64,000 nt of DNA, taken from assembly GCA_038040175.1 (NCBI GenBank), contig JBBPIT010000005.1:44555-108554 (forward strand). The letters run 5' to 3'. The notes under the pieces were generated by a model, which was not told where the DNA came from, searched no databases, and saw nothing but the letters and a program-made list of their open reading frames with translations. Numbering within the stretch: the stretch's first letter is position 1; each line of letters begins with the position of its first letter. The translations under genes and the position numbers were made by a program. The DNA is from Pseudomonadota bacterium (GTDB lineage Bacteria; Pseudomonadota; Gammaproteobacteria; Burkholderiales; JACQAP01). Shown piece after piece: positions 9,510 through 18,611 of this stretch.

Positions 9510-10304
9510 ATGATTGCCGAAGAGCCTCCCGCAACGAGTCCGGTCTACCTCGGGATCACACTCGGCAAGCCGTTGCTGCAGCTGCGATTCGGCCACGCCA
9601 GCATCGCCGTTCCGGGCAAGAGCAACGAGGATTTCTACGGCATCGTTACCGCGCTGGAAGAGCCGGAGGCGCAAACCAGGGGCGTCGCCGTGGCAATTGC
9701 CGACGGCGTAAGCGGAAGCGGCGGCGGACGGCTCGCTTCCGAAACCACGGTGAGAAGCCTGCTGCGCGACTTCTATGGCGCGCCGGTGCGCTGGAACATC
9801 GCGCCGACGATCGACAAGGTCTTGCGATCGGTCAACGACTGGCTGGCTGCGGAGAATGCGCGCAATCCCGAGCTGGAAGGCGTGGTAAGCACGGCCACGA
9901 TGATGCTGTTCAAAGGCAACTACTACTATCTCGCCCACGTCGGCGACACCCGCGCCTACCGCAAGCGTGGGCGGGTATTGAAGCAACTCACCATCGACCA
10001 TACCTGGCAGCGCGGCGACATGCGGCACGTGCTGAAGCGCGCAGTCGGGCTCGATACACATCTGGTGGTCGATTACAGCGACGGCGAGCTGATACCCGGC
10101 GATATCTTCGTCATGGCAACCGACGGCGTCTGGGAGGTGCTGGGCGAACGGGTCGTGCGCGAAGTGCTCGATGCGGGCGGCGACGTGCAGACCATCGCCG
10201 ACGAGCTGGTGCAGCGATCGGTCAGGAATCAGGTCCAGTACATGGGGCGCAACGACGCCACGGCCGTCGTGGTGGCGGTGGAGAAATCTGAACGCCAAGG
10301 CTAG
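9510..10304 (+). CDS. PP2C-family Ser/Thr protein phosphatase (stand-alone)
   Basis: NEDF, IADGVSG, AHVGDTRAY, LTIDH, TDGVW, NDAT motifs. Confidence 0.88.
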   Translation: MIAEEPPATSPVYLGITLGKPLLQLRFGHASIAVPGKSNEDFYGIVTALEEPEAQTRGVAVAIADGVSGSGGGRLASETTVRSLLRDFYGAPVRWNIAPTIDKVLRSVNDWLAAENARNPELEGVVSTATMMLFKGNYYYLAHVGDTRAYRKRGRVLKQLTIDHTWQRGDMRHVLKRAVGLDTHLVVDYSDGELIPGDIFVMATDGVWEVLGERVVREVLDAGGDVQTIADELVQRSVRNQVQYMGRNDATAVVVAVEKSERQG

Positions 10305-10587
10305 AAAAGCCCTGATCGAGTTCCACATGCGCGACCGAGGCGATTCGGGTCGCCCGGCCCGGCTCAGGACCGCACCGGAATACCATCGACAGGGTGTTTG
10401 CCGTGAACATCCGCGCGGCTGATGCGGGCCCCGTAACGGCGCCGGGATGCCGCGCAAGCCCCATCCTCTGCATTCCGGTGCCCCTTCCCTGGAAAGGGAT
10501 TAGCCGCCCATGACGTTCGACTGTTGCTCCCGTTCAGGCCGTCGCCTACACTGCCGGTGTCGCTTACATCGAAAGGGGGGGCAAGCA

Positions 10588-10686
10588 ATGAACAACCCGC
10601 TGGATTCGCTCTGGGGGACGGTGATCGCCGGACTGATCCTCACCGTCATCCTGTATTACGTCGTCAAGTCTCTGATCGGGGGTTGA
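10588..10686 (+). CDS. Small single-TM protein (32 aa), not in ORF track
   Basis: MNNPLDSLWGTVIAGLILTVILYYVVKSLIGG*. Preceded by G-rich RBS AAGGGGGG; in frame with the next gene. Confidence 0.7.
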   Translation: MNNPLDSLWGTVIAGLILTVILYYVVKSLIGG

Positions 10687-10689
10687 GCC

Positions 10690-11169
10690 ATGGAAATGCT
10701 TCCGGGAATATATCGCTGGATCCACATCCTGGCCGGTGTTATATGGATCGGTCTGCTTTACTACTTCAACTTCGTTCAAGTGGCGGCATTGAAGGCCGCA
10801 CAAGCCGACAGTACCGCGGCCGGAATCACCAAGCACGTAGCCCCGCGCGCACTGCTATTCTTCCGCTGGGCGGCGGTGGTGACCTGGCTGGCCGGCGCGG
10901 CCCTGCTCGGTGCCAACTTCGTTCCCGCGTTCACCTTCCAGGCCGGTTGGGAAAAGATCGGCATGGGTGCGTGGCTCGGCACCATCATGCTGATCAACGT
11001 GTGGGCGCTGATCTGGCCGAACCAGAAAAAGATTCTCGGCCTGGTGCAGGCAAGCGACGAGGAAAAGAACAAGGCGCGCCGCGTCGCCTTCCTCACTTCG
11101 CGGGTCAATACCATGCTGTCGATTCCGATGCTGTTCTTCATGGCGGCGCAGTCGCACATCACCATGTAG
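10690..11169 (+). CDS. Urate hydroxylase PuuD-like membrane domain (no cytochrome c domain)
   Basis: RWIHILAGVIWIGLLYYFNFVQ, FRWAA, GTIMLINVWALIWPNQKK, SRVNTMLSIPML. Confidence 0.85.
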   Translation: MEMLPGIYRWIHILAGVIWIGLLYYFNFVQVAALKAAQADSTAAGITKHVAPRALLFFRWAAVVTWLAGAALLGANFVPAFTFQAGWEKIGMGAWLGTIMLINVWALIWPNQKKILGLVQASDEEKNKARRVAFLTSRVNTMLSIPMLFFMAAQSHITM

Positions 11170-11191
11170 AAACCACGGCGGATGCCATGAC

Positions 11192-11220
11192 AACGCCCGG
11201 GCCCGTGCCCGGGCGTTTTT
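11192..11220 (+). terminator. Intrinsic terminator
   Basis: AACGCCCGGGC-CCGT-GCCCGGGCGTT followed by TTT. Confidence 0.75.
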
Positions 11221-11678
11221 CATTGCGGCGGCGGCAGGCGTTGCAAGCCTTCGACGCGGTCGCCGGCTTTTATGGCGCGTTTCCTGAACCAGCCGCGGTT
11301 CATCTCCAGTGCGTGCGCAGCCTCGCCGGCCGAGGCGTGCGCTTGCTCGGAGAACGGCTCCATGTCCTCGATGTTGAGAATGCGGCCGTTGCGATCGATG
11401 AACGCGACCGACAGCGCAACCCGGGTGTTCTTCATCCACATCGTGTTGACGCCGGCTTCCGGGTAACTGAACACCATCCCGCTGTTGTCGCCGAGTCCGT
11501 CGCGAAACATCAGTCCCCGGCGCCGGCTTTCTTCAGTGTTCGCGACTTCGGCGCGGATTTCATGATTCTTGATCCGCAGCGGATAGGTCAGGAGCGGATC
11601 GGCCGGCGTGGTCCCCGTGAAACCGATGAACACGGCGATCAGCACTGCGGGATACAGCGAGCATTTCACGGAATTCAT
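11220..11678 (-). CDS. DUF192-family exported protein
   Basis: AEVA...RRRGLMFR, GMVF, MWMKNT..LSVAFID, ALEMNRGWF...GD. Confidence 0.88.
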   Translation of the reverse strand: MNSVKCSLYPAVLIAVFIGFTGTTPADPLLTYPLRIKNHEIRAEVANTEESRRRGLMFRDGLGDNSGMVFSYPEAGVNTMWMKNTRVALSVAFIDRNGRILNIEDMEPFSEQAHASAGEAAHALEMNRGWFRKRAIKAGDRVEGLQRLPPPQ

Positions 11679-11995
11679 CGCGATTTCGACAGGTGAAACA
11701 AGAATTGGGTGCGCATGGGCGTCGAGTTTGACCGTTCATCCGGGATTTCGTCCAGCCCAACAGGCCGGGGCGGAATGGCGATGCCGCGCCTGCACAGGGC
11801 GCGTCTGCGGAGGGATGCCGGCCCGCCACGGAGGGCGTCGCGGTCCGCGGACGCGCTCGCAGCGGCAAGCACACGCTTGCCGCAGGACATCGTTCGCTTG
11901 TCGCCTCGCGTCGCCGGAAGGCGCAATGCGCGGTCGATGTTTGTGCGGCGCAATAAACTGGAAACCCAGTCCCGTCGCGGCTTCCAGGCAGAAAT

Positions 11996-12028
11996 GTGTT
12001 GACAACACCTAGGGCTTGCTCTTATTTT
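11996..12028 (+). promoter_or_regulatory. Candidate sigma70 promoter with palindrome over the -35
   Basis: TTGACA (11999) -18 nt- TATTTT (12023). Palindrome GTGTTG-A-CAACAC at 11996-12008. Confidence 0.4.
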
Positions 12029-12178
12029 TGAACTGCTGTGAAGCTTGTCTGAATGCTTCAGTTTCTAAAGGTTGGTTCAGCCTTAGCTTTGCGCATCCAA
12101 GTTGTAAATCAAAACCAATGCGTGGCGCCGCATTTCACTTCAGGGTGCTACGCACTTCTTCGGGAGGTTTTTAATAAA

Positions 12179-13930
12179 ATGGTGAAGCAATCGTTGCACT
12201 TCAAACGTGCTGCGGTGTCCCTCGCTGCAATCGCGGCGTTCGGTGCTTCCGGAGTAGTCTCCGCGCAAGGTGTGGATGTGCTTGAGTCCAAGCTCTATCC
12301 CAACTATGTCACGGACGACATGCTCCTGAATGCCGACAAGGACGCGCAGAACTGGCTCCACTACGGTCGTGACTATCAGACCACCCGCTACAGCCCGCTG
12401 GCCCAGGTCAATCGGGAAAACGTCAAGAAGCTGAGACCCGCCTGGAACCTGTCGTTCGGGGTTCTGGAAGGGCAAGACAGCCAGGCAGTCGCGGTGAACG
12501 GAATGATCTATGTCACCACTTCCTTCAACAAGGTCATTGCGGTCGACGCCGTCAGCGGCAGAACGCAGTGGAAATACGAACGCGAACTGCCGGGCGACGT
12601 GTTCCCGAAACTGTGCTGTGACGTGGTGAACCGCGGTGTGGCCGTCTACAAGAACAAGGTTTATCTGGCCACCCTCGACGCACACGTTGTTGCGCTCGAC
12701 AACACAACCGGCAAAGTGGTCTGGGACAAGAAGATGGGTGACTACACTTACGCCGAGACCTTCACCATCATGCCGATGGCGCTGCGCAACAAGATCATCT
12801 TCGGCACCGCAGGTGCGGAGTATGGCGTGCGCGGCTGGCTTGCGGCAATCGACGCCGACACCGGCGCTCCGGTGTGGAAGACCTACACCATTCCTGGACC
12901 AGGCGAGCCCGGCAACGATACCTGGGCCGGCGAATCCTGGAAGTATGGTGGCGGTTCCACCTGGATTACCGGTGCCTACGACAAGGAAACCAACACGCTG
13001 TACTGGCCGGTTGGCAACCCTGGGCCTGACTTCGACCGCCACGTGCGTCTCGGTGACAACCTGTTCACCAACAGCAACCTGGTGCTCGATCCGGACACCG
13101 GCAAGATCAGGAGTTATTTCAACTACACGCCCAATGATCCGTACGATTACGACGGCGTGAACGAGATGATCCTGGTCGACATCGGCGGCAAGAAGCTGTG
13201 GCTCCATGGCTCGCGCAACGGCCACCTGTACGGTATCGACCGCGTCAACACCTCGAGGGGCAAGGCCGGCAACGAGCACAAGTGCGTGTGGGTCACCGCA
13301 ATGCAGCGCGTGAACTGGACCAAGCCGATCACCCCCGCCAACAACTGCAAACCGATCTACAACTATCCTGAAAAGGATGTGGTGTACGACAAGGTGACCA
13401 CCGATATTGCTCCGTCCCTGGACGGCGGTAAGGAATGGCACCCCATGGCTTACAGCCACCGCACCAAGATGGTCTACGTCCCGGTGTACGACTTCGCCAT
13501 GGACCTCCAGGCCAAGAAGATGGAGTGGAAGCGCGGCGAGTGGTACCTGGGCGCGAAGGTCATCACCTTCAACGCAGGGGCGGGCATGATCAAGAGCTTT
13601 GACGCCGCGACCGGGAAGCTGGTCTGGGCCAAGTCCCAGAGCTATCCGGCCACCAGCGGCACCTTGGCGACCGCCGGCGGCCTGGTGTTCTACGGTGATC
13701 CGGAAGGCTATTTCAACGCTGTAAACGACGAAACCGGCGAACACCTGTGGTCGTTCCAGGTCGGTTCCGGAGTTCACGGCAATCCGACTTCCTTCAGCGG
13801 ACCGGATGGCAAGCAGTACGTTGCCATCGTCTACGGTGCAGGCGGCGGCGGCATCTGGCCCATTTTCTATTCAGAGTTCCTGAAGAAGAATCAGAAGGGC
13901 GGCGGCCTCATGGTGTTCACTGTCGAGTGA
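12179..13930 (+). CDS. PQQ-dependent alcohol dehydrogenase (methanol/ethanol family, type I), probably lanthanide-dependent
   Basis: Signal peptide; vicinal CCDVVNRG; GAEYGVRG; GNPGP; YDYDGVNE with the extra Asp; RNG; GGKEWHPMAYS. GGAGG RBS before ATG 12179. Confidence 0.92.
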   Translation: MVKQSLHFKRAAVSLAAIAAFGASGVVSAQGVDVLESKLYPNYVTDDMLLNADKDAQNWLHYGRDYQTTRYSPLAQVNRENVKKLRPAWNLSFGVLEGQDSQAVAVNGMIYVTTSFNKVIAVDAVSGRTQWKYERELPGDVFPKLCCDVVNRGVAVYKNKVYLATLDAHVVALDNTTGKVVWDKKMGDYTYAETFTIMPMALRNKIIFGTAGAEYGVRGWLAAIDADTGAPVWKTYTIPGPGEPGNDTWAGESWKYGGGSTWITGAYDKETNTLYWPVGNPGPDFDRHVRLGDNLFTNSNLVLDPDTGKIRSYFNYTPNDPYDYDGVNEMILVDIGGKKLWLHGSRNGHLYGIDRVNTSRGKAGNEHKCVWVTAMQRVNWTKPITPANNCKPIYNYPEKDVVYDKVTTDIAPSLDGGKEWHPMAYSHRTKMVYVPVYDFAMDLQAKKMEWKRGEWYLGAKVITFNAGAGMIKSFDAATGKLVWAKSQSYPATSGTLATAGGLVFYGDPEGYFNAVNDETGEHLWSFQVGSGVHGNPTSFSGPDGKQYVAIVYGAGGGGIWPIFYSEFLKKNQKGGGLMVFTVE

Positions 13931-13979
13931 CATTGAGCAGGAAGCGCCGTACCAGTAATTTGCACTGACAGCAGTACTG

Positions 13980-14015
13980 AAGGGGGGGCAAAGGAACTGC
14001 CCTCCCTTATTTTTT
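13980..14015 (+). terminator. Intrinsic terminator-like hairpin after the dehydrogenase
   Basis: AAGGGGGGGCA / TGCCCTCCCTT stem followed by ATTTTTT. Confidence 0.65.
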
Positions 14016-14131
14016 GTTGAGAAACGGCAAAGACCGTTGCACCCCGACATCGGGGTAAACCGACAAAGCCTCGAGAACGTTGACGCAATGACAAAGGGGA
14101 ACGACCTGACAGACTATCTAAGGAGTTCAAA

Positions 14132-14974
14132 GTGCGTAAGTTGCTGACACTATCAGGGCTCGCCCTGCTGTTGACCCTGGCTGCAGTCGCGGCCCGCGCA
14201 CAGGTGGCCGATCCCGATGAAATTGCCGACACTCTCGAACGCTCCAAAGCCAAGGGCAAACTGATTGCCTGTGCCGACCCCTATAATTTCCCCTACGCGG
14301 CGCAGAACTCCGACCCGCCCGGTTTCGACATCGAGATCATTCGCGAGATCGCCAAACGCGGCGGCATGCGGCTGGAAATGGTTTGGGCGGACACCGGCAC
14401 GCGCGGCGGAACCTCCCGCGCATTCCGCAATTCGATTCTGAAGAAGCGCTGCGACGTCTTCCTCGGGATGTCGGACAGCGGCGACGATGACATGCTGATG
14501 GGCCAGCTTGTGTTCACCAAGCCGTATGTGGGCATGGGCTACGTGCTGGTGGTGCAGGGCAAGGCCGCGGACATGAAGAGCGTTGCGGAGCTCAAAAACG
14601 CCAACATCAAGATCGGTGTGCCCATGTCCACGCCGATCGACGACTATCTGTTCACGCACGACATTCCGCGAGAGCTCTATGCCGACAACCGCCGTATCAT
14701 GCAGGGCATGGCCAAGGGTGAGGTCGACGCCAGTCTGGTATGGGCGACCGCGGTCTCGGTTGGGCGTCGCGAGTATCCGGACGCCAAATTCCGCCTGGTG
14801 GAAGGCTACGTGCCGGAAGCCGAACAGCGCTGGAACCTGAATTTCGTAGTGCGCAAACAGGACAAGGCGCTGATGGAGTTTATCAACGACGGCATTGCAG
14901 AACTGCTTTCCAACGGCAGGATGAAGCAGATCGTCGAGAGCTACGGCGTGCCGTTTTACCCGCCGTTTTCGTAA
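14132..14974 (+). CDS. MxaJ/XoxJ-like periplasmic substrate-binding protein
   Basis: CADPYNFPY, GFDIEI, CDVFLG, TKPY; signal peptide; AAGGAG RBS before the GTG start. Confidence 0.85.
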   Translation: MRKLLTLSGLALLLTLAAVAARAQVADPDEIADTLERSKAKGKLIACADPYNFPYAAQNSDPPGFDIEIIREIAKRGGMRLEMVWADTGTRGGTSRAFRNSILKKRCDVFLGMSDSGDDDMLMGQLVFTKPYVGMGYVLVVQGKAADMKSVAELKNANIKIGVPMSTPIDDYLFTHDIPRELYADNRRIMQGMAKGEVDASLVWATAVSVGRREYPDAKFRLVEGYVPEAEQRWNLNFVVRKQDKALMEFINDGIAELLSNGRMKQIVESYGVPFYPPFS

Positions 14975-15000
14975 GCAATTTTCAGGTAGGTTTGTTTGAT

Positions 15001-15486
15001 ATGGTTGGTTCGAAACTCAAGGCGTTTCTCGGGTGGTGGGCCGCGTTGGCTGCTGTGGGGCTCGCGCTTGGCCTGGGGGCCGCAGTTCAACCCGAGGCTG
15101 CACAGCACAAGGCCAATGAAAACGATATGGAAGTGCCGACCAACAACATGGAGATCGTGCAGCAGGGCAAGGCCAAGTTCGCGCAGCGCTGCTCGTTCTG
15201 TCACGGCGGCGATGGCCACGGCGGCAAAGGCCCGTGCCTGAGCTGCGGTGTCTTCAAGTACACCGGTAACACCAACTCCGAGATTTACGTCACGATCGCG
15301 GTCGGCGTTCCCAGGTCGCTGGGAGGCACGATGGGAGCCTTCGGAACGACCATGTCCCAGGAAGAAATTCTCAGTGTGATCACGTTCCTGCGTTGGGAGG
15401 AGAAGCGCCGCATTGCGGCGGGGGAGATTCCCGATCCGAAGTTGAACAAGGGCAACGATCTGCCGGTGTTCCCGACCACGAACTGA
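15001..15486 (+). CDS. Periplasmic c-type cytochrome (partner of the PQQ dehydrogenase)
   Basis: Signal peptide, CSFCH heme motif, distal Met in GTMGAF, additional CLSC. Confidence 0.85.
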   Translation: MVGSKLKAFLGWWAALAAVGLALGLGAAVQPEAAQHKANENDMEVPTNNMEIVQQGKAKFAQRCSFCHGGDGHGGKGPCLSCGVFKYTGNTNSEIYVTIAVGVPRSLGGTMGAFGTTMSQEEILSVITFLRWEEKRRIAAGEIPDPKLNKGNDLPVFPTTN

Positions 15487-15528
15487 CCGGGAGCACAGCG
15501 GCACGCGGTTGCCGTTCGCCAGAAAAGG

Positions 15529-15557
15529 AAAAGCCGGCGCGAGCCGGCTTTTTTCTT
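15529..15557. terminator. Bidirectional intrinsic terminator
   Basis: AAAAGCCGGC-GCGA-GCCGGCTTTT between convergent genes. Confidence 0.8.
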
Positions 15558-15576
15558 GCGGTCGTCGCGAGCCCGG

Positions 15577-16026
15577 TCAGTGCTTGCCGGTACTGCCGAA
15601 GCCCCCGGCTCCGCGCGCGCTCTCTGCGAACTGTTCCACGATGCTGAATCCCACCTGCACCACCGGTACCACAACCAGTTGTGCGATGCGCTCCATCGGG
15701 TTGAGAGTAAAGACACTCGATCCACGATTCCACACCGAGACGAAAATCTGGCCCTGATAGTCGGAATCGATCAGGCCAACCAGATTGCCGAGCACGATGC
15801 CGTGTTTGTGGCCGAGTCCGGAGCGCGGCAGCACCACCGCGGCGAGTCCCGGGTCATCCAGATGGATCGCCAGGCCCGAGGGGATCAACTCGGTCTGCCC
15901 CGGCTTGAACTCGATCGGCGCGTCGATGCAGGCGCGCAGGTCGAGCCCGGCAGATCCGGCAGTTGCGTAAGCGGGAAGCTGATCGCGCAGGCGCGCGTCG
16001 AGAATCCTGACGTCGATGGTGCGCAT
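15577..16026 (-). CDS. dut: dUTP diphosphatase
   Basis: [30 protein letters not shown]. Confidence 0.97.
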   Translation of the reverse strand: MRTIDVRILDARLRDQLPAYATAGSAGLDLRACIDAPIEFKPGQTELIPSGLAIHLDDPGLAAVVLPRSGLGHKHGIVLGNLVGLIDSDYQGQIFVSVWNRGSSVFTLNPMERIAQLVVVPVVQVGFSIVEQFAESARGAGGFGSTGKH

Positions 16027-16055
16027 GAAACCTTCTTGTTGTCGTGGCGGGACGC

Positions 16056-17270
16056 CTAAGCCGTAACGGGGGTTTTGCGTGGGCGGTAAAGTTTGGCGAT
16101 ATGACGGATCAGGGCGCGCGCCAGCTCGAGCTTCGATGCGCGCGCCAGCCGGTGAACGCCATCGTCGTCGAACAACACCAGTTCGTTGTCGTCGGTGCCG
16201 ATCGCAGCCTGTGCAAGATTCGCCGCGACCAATGGCAGCTTCTTGCGGCGGCGCTTGGCTTCCGCGTTCTGCTCAAGATTTTCGCTTTCGGCGGCGAAGC
16301 CGACGCAGAACGGAGGGTTGGGACGCCGGGCAACCGCTTCGATGATGTCCGGATTGGGCACGAGTTCCAGCGTCGGGACTCCGCCGTCTTTTTTGATCTT
16401 CTGCTGTTTGCGATTGCCGACGTGATAGTCGGCCACCGCGGCGACGCCGACGAAGATGTCACAGCTACCGACATGTGCGTTTACGGCGTCGAGCATCTGC
16501 CGCGCCGTTTCGACGCGGACCAGTTGCGCGGATGACGGTGCCTCGAGCGATACCGGGCCCGAGATCAGCGTGACCTGTGCGCCTGCCTCCAGTGCGGCGC
16601 GCGCAACGGCATAGCCCATTTTTCCCGAACTGCGGTTGGTGATGCCTCGCACCGGGTCGATTGGTTCGAAGGTCGGTCCGGCGGTGATCAGCACGTGCGT
16701 GCCGGCAAGCAGGTTGGGTTGGAACCATGCGGCGATCGAGCGGGCCAGATCCGCCGGTTCGAGCATGCGCCCCATCCCCGTTTCCCCGCAGGCCTGGTCG
16801 CCGGAATCGGGGCCGAGCACGACGATGCCGTCCTGATGCAGTTGCGCGATGTTGCGCTGGGTGGCGGGGTTTTCCCACATCTGCCGGTTCATCGCCGGCG
16901 CCACCATCAGCGGGCACTCGCGCGCCAGGCAGAGCGTGGACAACAAGTCGTTTGCGGCGCCGTGCACCAGCTTGGCGATGAAGCCGGCAGTCGCGGGAGC
17001 GACCACGATGACGTCGCGGTCGCGCGACAACTCGATATGCGGCATGCCGTTTGGCACCCGGCTGTCCCACATATCGGTGAACACCGGCTTGCCCGACAGC
17101 GCCTGCATCGTCACCGGGGTAACGAACCGGCACGCCGATTCGGTCATGATGACTTGCACGTCAGCGCCCTGGAGCTGCAGTTCGCGCACCAGCTCCGCCG
17201 ACTTGTAGGCGGCAATGCCACCGGTGATCCCCAGGAGGATCCGCTTATTGCCGAGTTCGGTCATTTCCAT
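16056..17270 (-). CDS. coaBC: Bifunctional phosphopantothenoylcysteine decarboxylase / phosphopantothenate-cysteine ligase
   Basis: [47 protein letters not shown]. Confidence 0.96.
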   Translation of the reverse strand: MEMTELGNKRILLGITGGIAAYKSAELVRELQLQGADVQVIMTESACRFVTPVTMQALSGKPVFTDMWDSRVPNGMPHIELSRDRDVIVVAPATAGFIAKLVHGAANDLLSTLCLARECPLMVAPAMNRQMWENPATQRNIAQLHQDGIVVLGPDSGDQACGETGMGRMLEPADLARSIAAWFQPNLLAGTHVLITAGPTFEPIDPVRGITNRSSGKMGYAVARAALEAGAQVTLISGPVSLEAPSSAQLVRVETARQMLDAVNAHVGSCDIFVGVAAVADYHVGNRKQQKIKKDGGVPTLELVPNPDIIEAVARRPNPPFCVGFAAESENLEQNAEAKRRRKKLPLVAANLAQAAIGTDDNELVLFDDDGVHRLARASKLELARALIRHIAKLYRPRKTPVTA

Positions 17271-17342
17271 AGCCTACCGGACTTTCCGGATCGGCAGTGT
17301 AAACTGTTGTTGGCAAATACAAAAGTGCTGACGGAGCGGTAA

Positions 17343-18017
17343 ATGGCGATCACCGACTGGCCGGAAGACGACAGACCGCGGGAGAAGTTGCTGGCCAAGG
17401 GGCCGGGCGGCCTTTCCGACGCCGAACTGCTCGCGATCTTTTTGCGCACGGGAGTGAAGGGAAAGAGCGCGGTCGACCTTGCGCGCGAGCTGCTTGCCAG
17501 ATTTGGCTCGTTGGGAGAATTGGTCGCAGTGAGCCGCGAGGGCTTCTGTTCCGTACCCGGCCTGGGAGACGCCAAGTATGTGCAGTTGCAGGCCGCGATC
17601 GAAATGGCGCGACGCGCGCTGGCCGAGGACATGAAGGCCGGAATCAACCTCAGTTCGCCCAAGGCAGTGCGCGATTTTCTGCGGCTGCAACTTCAGAATC
17701 GGCCGGTGGAAGTCTTCGTGGGCCTGTTTCTCGACGCCCAGAACCGGGTCATCGAGATCGAGGAGTTATTCTCCGGTACGCTGACCCAGACCAGCGTCTT
17801 TCCCCGCGAGGTGGTGAGGCGGGCGCTGCATCACAATGCGGCCGGCGTGATCTTTGCGCACAACCACCCGTCCGGCGTGGCGGAGCCCAGTCATGCAGAC
17901 GAAACCCTTACCCAGGCGCTGAAGCAGGCTCTGGCTCTGGTGGATGTCCGGGTGCTCGACCATTTCATCATCGGGCGCGGCGCGGTACTGTCCTTCGCCG
18001 AACGCGGGCTGCTCTAG
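17343..18017 (+). CDS. radC: RadC/JAB-domain protein
   Basis: [27 protein letters not shown]...S..D, LDHFII. Confidence 0.95.
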   Translation: MAITDWPEDDRPREKLLAKGPGGLSDAELLAIFLRTGVKGKSAVDLARELLARFGSLGELVAVSREGFCSVPGLGDAKYVQLQAAIEMARRALAEDMKAGINLSSPKAVRDFLRLQLQNRPVEVFVGLFLDAQNRVIEIEELFSGTLTQTSVFPREVVRRALHHNAAGVIFAHNHPSGVAEPSHADETLTQALKQALALVDVRVLDHFIIGRGAVLSFAERGLL

Positions 18018-18136
18018 CCGACCGAATTCTCCGGAGGTTGAGCAGGTTGCCGGAAATGTGCTATAAAGCGCGCTCTCTGAATTTAGCGGAGCTGCCCTGG
18101 GCGGCTTCACCCGGAAACAAAGCTGGAGAAGCCATC

Positions 18137-18373
18137 ATGGCGAGAGTTTGTGAAGTCACCGGCAAGAAGCCGATGGGCGGCAACCATGTGTCCCACGCCA
18201 ACAACAAGACCAAGCGCCGCTTCCTGCCCAACCTGCAGTACCGCCGCCTCTGGGTCGAGAGCGAGAACCGCTGGGTGAGCCTGCGTTTGAGCCAGGCCGG
18301 CCTGCGCACCATCGACAAGAAGGGTATCGACGTGGTGCTGGCCGAAATGCGCGCCCGCGGCAACAAGATCTGA
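18137..18373 (+). CDS. rpmB: 50S ribosomal protein L28
   Basis: [34 protein letters not shown]. Confidence 0.98.
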   Translation: MARVCEVTGKKPMGGNHVSHANNKTKRRFLPNLQYRRLWVESENRWVSLRLSQAGLRTIDKKGIDVVLAEMRARGNKI

Positions 18374-18391
18374 GACAGGAGGGAAGAAAAC

Positions 18392-18547
18392 ATGCGAGAG
18401 AAGATCAAACTTGAATCGTCCGCGGGCACCGGACACTTCTACACCACCACCAAGAACAAGCGCACCACGCCAGACAAGTTAGAAATGAAGAAATTCGATC
18501 CGGTGGCACGCAAACACGTTCTCTACAAGGAAACGAAGCTCAAGTAG
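18392..18547 (+). CDS. rpmG: 50S ribosomal protein L33 (not in ORF track)
   Basis: Translates to [51 protein letters not shown]. Confidence 0.97.
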   Translation: MREKIKLESSAGTGHFYTTTKNKRTTPDKLEMKKFDPVARKHVLYKETKLK

Positions 18548-18568
18548 CCCGCCGTTCGTTGCAGGAAT

Positions 18569-18598
18569 AAAAAAAGCCCGCTTACGCGGGCTTTTTTT
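18569..18598. terminator. Bidirectional intrinsic terminator
   Basis: AAAAAAAGCCCGC-TTAC-GCGGGCTTTTTTT. Confidence 0.88.
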
Positions 18599-18611
18599 CG
18601 TCCGTCGATCC

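Noticed and set aside
10684..10689. Selenocysteine read-through of the in-frame TGA
   Set aside because: No evident SECIS hairpin after the TGA, and the position is a linker rather than a Cys-equivalent catalytic site.
14020..14075. Possible c-di-GMP-I riboswitch (GGCAAA...CAAAGCC) upstream of the XoxJ-like gene
   Set aside because: Lacks the GAAA tetraloop stem and the GACGCAAAGC core; only two simple hairpins are present.
17343..18017. radC as a mobile-element or anti-defence JAB gene
   Set aside because: Full-length chromosomal type in the standard coaBC-radC-rpmB-rpmG context.
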